DNA of 64,000 nucleotides from Yuukianura sp. NJ FZ-2021 (lineage: Eukaryota): positions 1,612,001-1,676,000 of the forward strand of contig CM102285.1 of NCBI GenBank assembly GCA_046563655.1, read 5' to 3'. A program made the translations under genes and the position numbers. Positions 1-12,548 of this stretch are shown here, piece after piece. Below the pieces are notes generated by a model, which had not been told where the DNA came from, did not search any database, and saw only the letters and a program-made list of their open reading frames with translations. Positions within the stretch are counted from its first letter, which is position 1, and each line of letters starts with the position of its first letter.

Positions 1-19
1 ATTTCGAATTCTCCAATTA

Positions 20-313
20 TTGAAAAATTTTGTCTCAAATTTCCAGAAACTGTTTTTTCGACGAGGAGAGGAAACAGCAAAGACTCTGCAGGTTGATGAA
101 AATTTGATCGAGACTGCGGATTCCAAACCCAAAGAATTGGCGGGAAATTCAAATTCAACGTGGACTTTCCTAAACATCATGGAATGCATGATTTCTGTTT
201 CGGTTCTTGTCGGAGTCATCATTTTAGTTATCCATTTTCTGACTAACCCTCCGCACATTGGTGAAAAAGTGGAAGGCCATCGGATTGTGGACATGTATTC
301 TGTAAGAGATTAG
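20..313 (+). CDS. Possible partial or terminal coding segment of an unknown protein with one hydrophobic (TM-like) segment
   Basis: 97-codon ORF at the window edge with the hydrophobic stretch MISVSVLVGVIILVIHFL; no recognisable family. Confidence 0.3.
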   Translation: MKNFVSNFQKLFFRRGEETAKTLQVDENLIETADSKPKELAGNSNSTWTFLNIMECMISVSVLVGVIILVIHFLTNPPHIGEKVEGHRIVDMYSVRD

Positions 314-679
314 TGCAAAACAGAAGCGAATTGTAAAACACAATCATGTCAAGTTAAATTAACTCACTATACAGTAATAACAACAGAAACATAAAGTGAC
401 AATTTAGTGGAGCTTTATCGATATATTTCATGCTAAAAATTATTACTCGAATGATGAATTTTGTGTATACAAATTCTACATAGCGCTACTCAGCTCTAAA
501 TTACGTTAATTACGACAAGATTTTAACTACGCAAAGCATTCTTGCAGAATGTTGCAGAAATACTATGCTGCAAATTTTGAGTCAGCCTGCAGAAAAAGAA
601 AATTGTCAAAAAAAGAAAATTTTTTTTTTAATTTTGGTAATTGAGTTTTGATGTGAATTTCCTCAGAAGTACCAAACAT

Positions 680-2499
680 CTAGAATGTTAACAGACAAAA
701 TGCAATTCCACGCGCCACGTTGTCCAGCAGTGTTAATTTCGCTTCCTAAAAAGTTGAAATAAAAGATTTAGAAAGAATCAGCAGAACAAAAACTTTGATT
801 TTTAAGATGAAATGTATGATTTACTCCTTCCATGTGATAAAAGGCTCCAACTGTACTTTTGAGTACTGGAATTGACCGCAGTGTTTTCATTACAAAAAGA
901 CGTTGATGTGTTTTACCTATGGTCTTCTGATGATTTCGAAGGTTCTGATGGAATTTAGATGAAATCTGGTACACGCGCGACATGAGTAATGCAGCAGGAC
1001 CAAACGCAAGCGCAATAGTGAACCCATAAAACGCTAATGCAGCATTGAATCCCGGATGTACAGCGTTGCGCAGGCGTGCAAGACTGAAAACTACCATGAA
1101 AATGCCAACAAACCCTCCCAGCTTTACAACAGGCAAAAAGAGTGATCCGAATAGAATATTATGAAGCTGGTTCCACAATTGCATTGAGCGGTAAACGCGA
1201 ATGCAAAGTGACTCTTTACCAGAAACATTCGGCCACTCCAAACTATATGAAATTGCATTCAACAACATTCGAGTTTCAAATTTTAAAAAAGCAAAAAGTA
1301 GGTTTGGACGCGGTACATACCATGCTTTACTCAGCCACAGTGATAGAGAGAGTATGGATGGACTGAAAATTGCAAAAAGCATGGTCGCATCGCTTCCGAA
1401 TTGAATTGCAGCAACAATTGCTACGGTAGCAACAATCAAACGCATCCACCAACCTGAAAACATGGAGCAATTGATCAGCAATGCAAGAATTCCAGCTGAT
1501 GTTGTGCTCACAGCAATAGAATAGGTCAAAACAGCATAAATTTTTCCACGAAAAGATGATTTCGATGACGGTTGAGTCCAGTCATCTTCAGATTTGTCCT
1601 TATTTGGTTGTTCCGCTGCAAATGAAGTAATTTCAACTCTTCAAAAAAGAAGTTGCAAAAAGTTTACTAACGTGGATTAGTACTTTTGTCCAAAAAAAAA
1701 TATTTTTTTTATAATTTAATGGTTTTCAGTGTGCTGAGTAAGAATTTAGCCGCGAGCGAGTGGTTCCCCGGTTTTCAATTTTTTTTTTTCAAAATTTTGA
1801 AAAAAAAATTTCGAATAAACCTTTTTCGCTCCGATTTAAACAAAATGCATTTTCTAGACTAATTCGAGGGTGCTGAAACCGATTTCGAAATTAGATTGAG
1901 CAAAAATATGCAATTAATCTCAAATAAAATAAGTTGTTGTTTTTTTTTTTTTTGAAATTTTTAAAAAATAAATTTTCTGAAAAAAAACATTCCAAAAAAA
2001 AAATCTTTCCGCGGCCGTATTCTTTGCTCTTTACGGTCCAGTACATCATAAAAGTACAGAAAAAACTTCTTTTTGACAAAAGTGCTAATCCATGACAGTA
2101 AACGTTTACCAATGAATTTTTGAGCCAGCAAGAATTGTTACAAACATTACCCAGAATATTGTCAATTCTAAAAATCTGATTGACAAGTTGGACCATTTCG
2201 TCTTTGTATAACAGTACGGTGACTCGAATTGGCACCGCAGCTACACATCCTACGGAAACGACAATAGTAACAACTTTAAATGGAATAGAGTTGGTAGTTA
2301 AAATTTTAACGATCAGTAACGCAGCAGTTAAAATTTGAAAAATTAAAACAATTTTTTGAAATTGATATCGCAGTTTTCCTTTAGTTGGTACTACTTCAAC
2401 TCTACTGGAATTTTGAACCAACTCAATTCCTGACATTCTCAAATACGTTAAAATTTTTAACAACTGGTAAAATATATCGAGCTCATATTGAGTCAACAT
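680..2499 (-). CDS. Gustatory-receptor-like multi-TM chemoreceptor, paralog A (exons 2499-2151, 1615-1321, 1242-825, 745-680; 375 aa)
   Basis: GT-AG exons sum to 1128 nt in frame; multiple TM segments; YRSMQLWN motif; C-terminal SIPVLKSTVGAFYHMEG-EAKLTLLDNVARGIAFCLLTF split by a phase-0 intron, as in arthropod GR-type receptors. Confidence 0.75.
1667..2098. mobile_element. MITE-like element in intron 1 of GR-like paralog A
   Basis: Imperfect terminal inverted repeats (ctaacgtggattagtacttttgtc / gacaaaagtgctaatccatgacag) flanked by TA; internal 1770-1890 resembles 28780-28890. Confidence 0.6.
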
Positions 2500-3182
2500 T
2501 TTCTAGGTCAGGATTTGTTTACACCTCAACCAAAACTGACGGAAGGATTTGATTTGCAAGAAAATTTTTAAGTTTATTCCAAGTTTGAAAGCCTGTAAAC
2601 GCAATCATAGTAATTCCACTCGTTTTTCTCAACTAAAACATATGTTGTCAATACTTCACACCTTGCAATTGTCAGCGAAACAAAGGTGTTAAAATTGCTT
2701 CTAATTGCTATTAATTAAAGTACAAAAAGAAATTTTTGCGTCAAAACTAAAGACGTGTAATGTTGCACTAATCAATCCCGTTGACATAATTATTGCTTAT
2801 AAACTAATATTTATGACATTCACAGCAGTTACAGCAGTCAATTCATAGCTCTTAACGAGACTTTTAACATTCAGAGCGAGAATTATGACAGTTAAAACTT
2901 ACTTCCATTAATAATTTTGATATTCTGAAGACGTATATCAACGACATGCTGAAGAAGTACTCCATTTTTTTAAACATTATTAAGTTATTTTGCAACCTCG
3001 CAATTATCTACAGAACCAGCATGCAGCATTAGCTTTAATACTCAAAATTAATGCAATTACTACTGCAGTATTTAACTATACAAAGCATCCTAGCACAATG
3101 TTTGCAGAAATATATGTTGCAAAGTATAACTCAGCCTGCGGAGAAGGTTTGATATTGACTTTGCTCAGAAGTGCCAGTCATT

Positions 3183-4912
3183 TTAGAACGATAACAAGCA
3201 AAAGGCAATACCACGCGCCAAGTTGTCCAACAGTGTCAATTTGGCTTCCTGAAAAGTTGAAAAACATTTCAGAAAAAGCAAAACAAAAACTTTGATTTTT
3301 GTCATAAAATGTATGATTTACCCCTTCCATGTGATAAAAGCCTCCAACTGTACTTTTGAGTGCTGGAATCGACCGCAGGGTTTTCATTATAAAAAGGCGC
3401 TGATCAGCTATAGCTACCGTCATTCGTTTATTTTGAAGGTTCTGATGGAATTTGGATGAAATGTTGTAAACAATTGACATTAGCATTGCACCAGCACAAA
3501 GTGCAAACGCCATGGTTACCCCATAAAACGCCAGTATAGCAATGAGTGCCGGATGTAGAGCATTGCGCAGGCGTATAAGAGTAAAGACGACCATGAAAAT
3601 CCCAACCAAACAATTCAGTTTTAAGAGAGGCACAAATACTGATCCGAATAGAATATTATGCAGTTGGTTCCAGAGTTGCATCGAACGGTAAACGCGAATG
3701 CAGCGAAGCTCTTTACCAGAAACATTTGGCCACTCGAAACTAGAAAATTTTGTTCAAAATGTTCGAGTTTCAAATTTTTATAAACAAACGGTAGGTAAAA
3801 TGCTGTACATACCAGGCTTTACGGAGCCAAAGTGTTAGAGTGAGCATTGAAGGGACGAAAATTGCAAAAAGCATGGTGGCATCGCTTGCCAATTGGACTG
3901 CAGAAATGGTCTGAGCTGTAATAATTGCCAAACGGATCCACCAAGACGAAAACATGGAGCAATTGATCACCCATGCAATCATTCCAGCTGATGATGAGCT
4001 TACAGCAACAGAGTACGTCAAAACAGCATACATTTTCCCACGAAACGTGGCTTTTGACGTTACTTGAGTCAACTCGTCTCCAGATTGTTGCCCATCAGAT
4101 TGTTCCACTGCACACGAAATATTTAAAAAATATTTGAACTCAAGGTTCGTAAACAAGAAAATAGTTTTTTCTTTAACAGGTTAGACAATAAGTCGGTTTT
4201 TATTGTATTCTCCCAAAATTGAAAAAAAAAAATGGAAGGACATAACGCCAGATCTCGTTTCCTTGGCGATTTTAACTCTGATTTATATATAAATCTCATT
4301 TATATGCAAATCTGATTTATATATTTATATATATGTATTATTTATTTTTATTTAAATTTATATAGCGCAAATTTTTAACTCAAATAAAGTTATCAACAAC
4401 TTCAGAGTAAAATCAGAGTAAAAAAAATGTGTGCATAGACAGTTTTGGAAAATGGTACCTATTGCCTAACCTGTTAAAGTAAAACTATTTAGTTGCTAAA
4501 GGAACCTTGTTTGAACTTTTCAAAAAACAAATTTGTGTTAACAAAAAATGTTCCAAAGATTACCAAGAATACTGTCAATGCTGAAAATATTGTTGACAAT
4601 TTGGGCCATTTCGTGTTTGTATAGCAGCACAGTGGATCGAAATGATATTGCTGCTACCGCTGCAACGCAAACGACAACAGTAACAACTTGAAATGCAATA
4701 GAGCTGGTAGTTAAAATTCGAAGAATCAGTAACACCAAATTTAAAATTTGAAAAATTAAAACGATCTTTCCAAAGTGAGGTTGCAGTTTGCCTTTCGTTT
4801 GGATTACTCTGACTTGGCTGAAATTTTGAACCAACTCAATTTCAGACATTTTCAAATACGTTAAAATTTTTAATACTCGGTTGAATAATTCAAGCTCATA
4901 TCGAGTTAACAT
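3183..4912 (-). CDS. Gustatory-receptor-like chemoreceptor, paralog B (exons 4912-4564, 4107-3813, 3739-3322, 3248-3183; 375 aa)
   Basis: Same exon lengths (349/295/418/66) as paralog A and clear protein similarity; tandem duplicate with homologous flanks. Confidence 0.75.
4141..4509. mobile_element. MITE with CAAGG-type TIRs and 8-bp TSD (hAT- or P-like)
   Basis: About 50-bp imperfect TIRs (caaggttc...ctttaacaggttag / ctaacctgttaaag...ggaaccttg); direct repeat tttgaact at 4133-4140 and 4510-4517. Confidence 0.75.
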
Positions 4913-5065
4913 TTTTGAGGTCAAAATTTGTTTCCACTTCAACCTAAACTGACGGAAGGATCTGATTTGGAAGAAGCTTTTTAAGCTCAATGCGAGTTTG
5001 GAAAACTCAAAACAATCCTAATTTCATTATTTGTTTTTCTCAAAGTCAAGCAAACGCAAAGGATT

Positions 5066-5113
5066 GCAATTATAAGCAATTAGAAGTAATTACTTCTAAT
5101 TGCTTATAATTGC
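5066..5113. repeat. Perfect 48-bp spacerless palindrome upstream of GR-like paralog B
   Basis: gcaattataagcaattagaagtaa|ttacttctaattgcttataattgc. Confidence 0.95.
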
Positions 5114-5781
5114 GGTAAATTGCAAGTTCAACAACTTTGTTGAGATCTGAATACATTTGTGTTGTTCTTATAATCCAATCAATTACCCAATTAACAAATG
5201 AGATACTTATTGGTTAAATAAGTATTGGTTATAACAAATAATTATGAAAATAGTTACGATTTCAGGAACGCGAATTATCATGGCTATAACGCAACGTCTA
5301 ATAATTTTAAACTAAAGTAATTATAATGTATGGAACGATAACTATTGGAAGTGTGCAGTGGAGTATCGAATTTGGATTCACAAAATTTACAGAAGACAAA
5401 TTGTTGGACAATTTCTCAAAATAGCAATTAAAAAAACGTCGTGTTTTTAAAAAAAAATTAATATTGACCTCACTTGACCAGTTATTTGACCGCTTCCCAG
5501 GTCAAAATTGTTAAATTGTAACTACATTTCTATTGTTAAAGTTAACAATTTTTCTGAGCTTATTTTTAAAATATATGACACTAATTTTAAATGATTCATC
5601 AAATAATTTGAAAGTCATATTTACTGAACTACGACAATTCACGGCAGCATAAGACGCTAGAATTTTACGAAATTGATTTCATTTTATTCTTTTTCATATT
5701 TCTTGAATTTATTTTACATTGCTTGACTTTTTTAGTATGTAAATTTGCTATGATTTCTGAAGGACACATATGAACACTCAA

Positions 5782-8700
5782 TCAGGCTTTTTCATGTTGG
5801 ACTTTAATTTGCACATGAGGGTTGTTGCAGTTGGGGTCAGTGCCGTCAAGCAATTGGCTTGCTAGGGCCTATTAAATTTGAATAAAAAATTCATAAAATT
5901 CAAAATTTTGAGAAAAGAAATCTGATTTTGAAAAAAAGTACCTGATGGTACAGTAAGTCAACTTCTTCATGTAAATACTTCTTCACCATTTGATCTAACA
6001 GTTCTTGCGTCCCTATTACTTCCTTGCTCACACGAATTCCAAAGGTTGCAAAGTCCTTGTAAGTCGTCACTGTTGCATTTACGCCTGTGCAAAACAATTG
6101 AAAAATTGAAATTCCGCATATCAATTTTTTCACTTTGGACTTAACGTTAGTGTTTTACCCATTGAGCATCCAAGGTTAAGGACCGGAAATGACCGGAGGA
6201 CCTCGTGACCCAGGACATTGACCTGCCCAAGGGCCCCGGGCACACTGGACAGCAGTACTGGCGGAATGTTGAGCTCTCCCCATGTCGTCCACCGCTTGAG
6301 CATCAGTTGGGGCATGAGGTACATGGATTTGAAAAATTCCCACATTACCCCATGCATGCCCAACATGTAACTACGCTTCATACTCTTGTCAAATTGGAGC
6401 AGAGCTTCTTCACCTCCACCCAATGGCATCTCTGAATGCAACCACGCACTGCACAATTGCAAAAAAAAACGAATTATGTTTGAAACATTTGCAACTTTGT
6501 TAATTGTATTGTTCGAACAATCTCAAATGTAGGTGGGGCAATGGGAGATTTTTCCAAAAACATTCGTTTTTTTCATTGATCGCGCAGTAAAACACCAAAG
6601 TTTTTTCAGGTAGTTTGCCAGGGACAGTAATAATTCAGGAATGTCGTAAATTTTGATTTTGATTTTGGCGGTATTTTGAAAATTCAAGAAATTTACCAGT
6701 GATTGACAATGGTTTTGTCAGTTCTTCTAGGATATGGAATTGGCACGACCATTCTTATTTTCTTTGGCACTTCTTTTCCATTGTTTTCCAGTAGTCGATG
6801 GAACGCGTTTGACATGATCCCGCCCATCACAGTCAGAAACAAACATTTTGTTGACCTCCTGATGACACGGATTTTCTCTAAAGGAATTTCAGTCCACGAT
6901 GTGATGCCTTCTCCACAGTAAACTGTTAACAAGGTCAAAAGTCAAAAGCCAAAAATTTTGAGTTTTTTTTTGAAATTTGAAAATCCCTACTTGTAGGTCT
7001 AAAACCCTTGCGTATCCGTGCGAGTCTGTAGGAAGTGACGACGTTCCATGGAAAAGTGTACCATGCGTAGATCCAGTGTGTCCAGGTCATTGACCTTGGC
7101 GGTGGGGCCTGGAGGTGGACCCACCCACCATCACAGAAGTACTCGAGCATGCGCATAAACGATACGCCATCACCCAGCATATGATGGTACTTGGATATGA
7201 TGGCAGTACGGCCATTGTTCATGCGCACCAGCAGCACTGCCCAGAGTGGTGCGCCGTCTCCGAACTTCTGGGCACCCCATTTCGGCAGAAATACTTTGAG
7301 AGTATCGTCTGTTTCTTCTCGATCGTGCTCAAGGATGTGAGAATTGAGCTGAAAATGAAAGAAAGAAATAACTTGAGCGGGAAAACAATCGAAAAATTTA
7401 ATTTGAAAACATCAAAAGGTTTAAAAATTTAGCAATTCAGTTTCAGACGTCATCGGGAGTATGACTTAAGATGATTGTTTTGTCATGACTTGAGAAACAA
7501 GAAGGCCACTTCCGTTAATTATTTCGCTTTTGTTGCATGTCCTTAAACTTTGGCATCAAATTACAAAAATCTCATAAAAAAAAAACTTCTGCGCAATCTA
7601 TAAAAAAAAGTGTAAATCATTTTTATTTCTACGTTTGTGTAAATTACAAAACTTAAAAATGTTAAATGTCAAATGCATTTGGAAACTTTTTTTTTTGTTA
7701 ATTTTTGGTTAATTTCGACCTTGTTGTTTAGAATTGAATGCCCTTTGAACAAAACAATGTGTGTAACCATTGTTTTTGAGGCGTTACGCATGGTCATCTT
7801 GGATTGTATTGATCGTGATTGGTCTTTTGATTGATTGATTTTTGAATTGTAAGGTTGAAGTTGTCAATTTGAGTCTAAATATAATTTGACAAGGTTGTAC
7901 AACCTGTGTGTCCTTGTCTTTTTATAGCTCAATCATGCTATCTCATCTTCATCTTCGTAACAAAAAAAATTTACGATGCAATGAAGCTTCTTTGCTAGTG
8001 TCATTCACTTCAAAAGTAAATTCAAGGAAACAAAGTCCGTCAAAAATGCCTGAAATAATTTTTGCCATTAAGAGCTAAAAACTAATTAAATTTTTAATTC
8101 CGCGGTTTTGAAAAAAATAGTCTGCAAGGGTGACATGTTTACGTCGTTTTTATGCAAGAGTTGGCCTGAAAAGTAATTGCCTCAAGAAGAGTTTGATTGG
8201 CTAAACTATTTAGTAGAAGAAGGCACGTGTGATTTAAATGTTCTCGCAGCAAAAAAGATGGGACTTTATGTATTACAAAATTTCCTTGTGCAACAAATTA
8301 TGTGAATTTGTTGTTCTTGACCTAGCTTTTGAAGTGCTTTTGACTTCAAGTCAACCTACAGTGGAAGCCTTTTTAACAAATAACATTTTCAAATTACGAT
8401 GCAGTTGCAAGTGAAAAACAAAGACAAAAATTTCTCAAATCAACACTCACGCGCATTCTCCTTTTTGAGTAAAATTACAGGTTACGAGACTCTATTGTTG
8501 GTATGGATACATAGTACATAGTACATGTCAATTTCATTCATAAACGAACGTCATAATTTCCAACTGTCAGCTATAAATTAAAAAGTTTGAAATTTTTATG
8601 GAAATTTTTACAATACAAGGTAAATAAACAGTACTTTTAGTAGTTTGCATGCATGTGTCAGAGCTTTTGAGAAACAAAATCTGTGTTTGAGAACGATGGT

Positions 8701-10962
8701 TTTTGAAATTTTTGATTTTTTGTTGGTTTTGTTAGTTTTGGTATATTTTGTTCATTGTTTTTATAAACAGTGTGGATTGTGATTAGGTTAGTTCATGCTT
8801 AACCCAATCTATCACAAGGTTAAAAGTGAAATTCTTGGTGGTTTTGCTGATGGGATGCAATTTGATTGATGTGATGAGTAGGTAGCAATTGATTTGTGTA
8901 AATTAGTTACACAAGGAAAAGTGAGTAATTTTTTGGTGAAACGGAAGCGGCAATTGTTAAAAGTTCACTTTTCAATTTTGAGGCAAAATTTATTGAAGGG
9001 CTACTTTTAATAAAAACTTGTTTCCTTAAAAACGTTGAAGAGAGAGTCCGACATAATATTTGCCGTTCATTGAAGTTAAACATTAAAGTTGCAAAGCAAG
9101 TTTACTTTTGCTATTTTAAAAACTCCGCAGTGTGGCTTGATTTGTTGCAAATACTGCTCCGTTTTTTAAGCTAACTTGCTCCAAGTTAACTTTTCAGTTA
9201 ACTTTGTTTAAAAAAAAAACGTACATTCTAAAATCCGATGATGAAAATTTTGTTGAAAATGGAATTCAGGCAAAACGCTTTCCAAAATCAACTTTTTATG
9301 CAACTTCCCTAAAATTTTAGTACAACGCTCCTTGATTTCTCATTAGTTCATATGCTAATTGAAGAAAATGTTGACAAACAAATAAAAAATTCTCCATAGG
9401 TCATAAGTTCCATGTAGCAGTAAAGTCAAACAACTTACAAAGTTCAAAACGGTTAACCTGAGAGAAATTTTTTTCTTGAAATTCTCCCACGTCTTTTTTC
9501 CCTCGTGCTAGAAACCTTTTCTTTTCAAATACAAAATTAGTACAAAAAAAATTGTTTTAACAGGGTTGATGATTTCATAGGTTCAACTTAATGGCCAAAA
9601 CATTACAAGATAACAAAAAACTTTAAAATGTGAAGCCATTATGCATTATGGGTTTTCCCGTATGTAGAAATCAACCAAAAATTTTGCTTTCAAGTAGCGT
9701 AATGTCACAAAAATGTTGATCGGTTACCAGTTTTTCCAAGGTTACAAACAAAGAAAAGCAGGAAAATCGTTACTTGCAAAAAGTAATTTTTTGTCCAAAA
9801 CATTTTTATCTTGGAAGATGTTGCGAAAAGTGAAACCTTGCATGTTCATTTTCCAAAAAAACTTTTTACATACTCCATAATTATCACTAATTTACCACTT
9901 TTGTTCTTCAATTAGTAACAAAAGCTAAAATGATTGTCACTCTACACGTACGTTCAAGTTTTTCCAAAATTCGCTGATTCTGCAAAAGTTGTTTCAATTT
10001 TTTGCAACTTTTCTCAATAACTTTTGTTTTTTGAAACAAGTTTCCATTGTCCTGGACCACTTTTGTGAATCATACTTTTTTCATGGAAAATTACTTTTAT
10101 GAAACGAGAAGTTTCATATAGGCGATAATTTGTTTATACGCAGATCACTATGATAAAGTCTTTAACATCAAAAAAGTACTACCTCAATGACATCAAATTC
10201 TCTTAACATTTTCGTTTTGCCCAATTTTCGAAAACAGAAAAAAAAAAACTTTAACATCTTGGCACATTTTCTAACGTGAGCTTTGGACCTAGAAATTTTT
10301 TTTAACAAATCTCACAAATTTTTCAACAAAAAAGAATCCAAAGTTCAACTCAAAAATTCAAAGTTCAAAAAGCCAAAGTTGTTTTTTTTTTTACTTTTGA
10401 CCTAACAACGCCCTTAGTTGATTTGGGTGACGACTTGAGAAATCCCATTATTTGTGATTCACAACCATGAAAACGTTTCTGATTGGTCAACAAGCTAACC
10501 TAGCATTTAACCGTGATTGGCCCACAGCTATTAATTTATGTAGTTAACTGCTCAATTATATCACTAATTGGCAGCATTTAAACAACAACAAGGATGTTGA
10601 CTCACCTCAAAATCCACTTTCTGCCAAAACCAATAGCCCAAGTACAGGACCGGGCGACATTGGAATTTGAAACAGTAGGGATTCTCTACAACACGAGTAC
10701 GCATGACCTCGCGGAGGGACGCCAGGTCTAGGTGACCTTTGACCTCGGTGACATTGATCATGCTCTTACGCACTCTCCCTTGGAAGTCGTCACAAGTGAA
10801 GGCCAAGTCTCTCGAGGTAAAGTGGGCCAAAATGGAAGGTTTCCATTTCCAAACGATAAAATTAACACTGAGACGCCACGAACCACAAATGATGAGGAAA
10901 ATAATATAGGCAGGAAGGAAGAAGATGATTACTGGAATCCAGACCAAAAGTGGGCCCAACAT
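5782..10962 (-). CDS. WS/DGAT-like (wax ester synthase / diacylglycerol O-acyltransferase) protein; exons 10962-10606, 7348-6991, 6922-6697, 6448-6159, 6084-5942, 5868-5782; about 486 aa
   Basis: Exons sum to 1461 nt in frame; N-terminal TM; PLW...KYHHMLGDG motif; C-terminal LSSVPGA...VTTYKD resembling the WS_DGAT C-terminal domain; 3.2-kb intron 1. Confidence 0.8.
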
Positions 10963-12548
10963 GGTGGCAAAGTGACGATTGCGTCGAAGGAGTGATTCGC
11001 GACTGCGCAGAAGTTTTTCCTGCAACACAGCGTCAGCTATCGGTCATATTCTAAAAAAAAGTTGTCGCAAGGTTGTAGCACACCAACAATTTTCCAGGTT
11101 TCACTTCAATTAGGAACTTCACCGCACAACTTTATGAAATTTCCTTCTTGCGTAACAATTTTTGCAAAGATAAACAAAAAATTTTCAAACCGACGGTCTC
11201 ACAACTCAAAATTTAGTAATTGGCGGATTAAATTCGGACGAGATTTTGACTTTTTTTTTTTCTGCGCAGCCTTCCAGCGCAGCGGGAGTCTCTACGGAAG
11301 TCACTTCATTGCAAACTTTCGAGTGACTTGCAAAGGCAAATGACGAAAAGGAACGAACTGGCGTGCCAAAAACTTGAAATTTTTGAAGTTGAGCGTTTCA
11401 CTTTCACTGTTCGCAAATTTCGTTGTTAGAAACTTGATCAACGAAACAATCAAAAAGTGAGTTACAAAGTTACAGTCCGTGAATGTTAAATAATTGATGT
11501 AATCAGTCCCCCACTTCTGATCTCACTCACTTACTCTTATGCGCAGGGTCGAAGATGCCATGAGCAGTGACCATCAAAGTGAATGAGACTGTGCAGGGCT
11601 CCTTAACTACTACTTGACTCGAACAGTGTCGACTGCCCACTGTGACTCCCCCAGAAACAGGTTCTCCACCTTCACCAACGAGGGAAACAATGAGGTAACA
11701 TCAAAGCTAGTTTGATTACAATTGATTTCAAATGCTAAGTGTTTAGAGGATCATGCAATTGGAAAAAGAAGAAGGTGAAGTCAATTCATTTCAGACAAGA
11801 ACAATTGAACACTTCAAGACAGTGTAGTGAAATAAGGGCAATTTTCTTTTAACTACAGATCATTTCCATTTTCCATCAAATTCTGTCTTTTGTCTTTGTG
11901 CAAACTGTATTTGCACAAAACACATAGTAATTTAATTTTCAATCTCATTGTTGTAAAGTTGAAAAATAGTAGGTTGCCCTAGTTCAAACTCAGTTTCTTG
12001 AACTCAAAAGTTAAAACCAAAAGTAATTGTGAAAACTCAATTTGTGGTTCCTTGAAACAGAACACGACAAACTGCTAAAGCTCAGTAAAATTTTCTATTG
12101 AGAAATACGTTGCACCGGTTTGACCGTCAAAATTTGCCGCCAAATTTTTCCGGTAGACAAAAATTCTTTTAGCCAATTCCCAAATTTGTTTGAAACTTGT
12201 TATACTTAAAGTTGCTGATGTTATGAACTTAACATCGACAATGTTTGGTAAAACTGCAAAGCAAAGTTACAGTAAAACCTCATATTTGGAAACTTGTTTT
12301 TCTAATTCACGTAGGGTAACACAAAAACTAACTTTTCGAGAAATTAAAATTTTTGGAAATAGTTTTTTATTTTAATTCACTTTATTCCGCCTTCTGCTTT
12401 TCTTCGTCTCACTAGTCTATGTATAGCAACAAGATTTATGAAAGTTTATGGTTTAATAGACTATGAAAAAGCTGCAAAGCTAAATACACATTCTCAATAA
12501 CTTTTTTTTCCTCATCAACCTCAACAACCGTATGAATGTTAATAATTT

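Noticed and set aside
7349-10605. Long AT-rich interval that might hide a nested gene
   Set aside because: No substantial ORFs; consistent with intron 1 of the WS/DGAT gene
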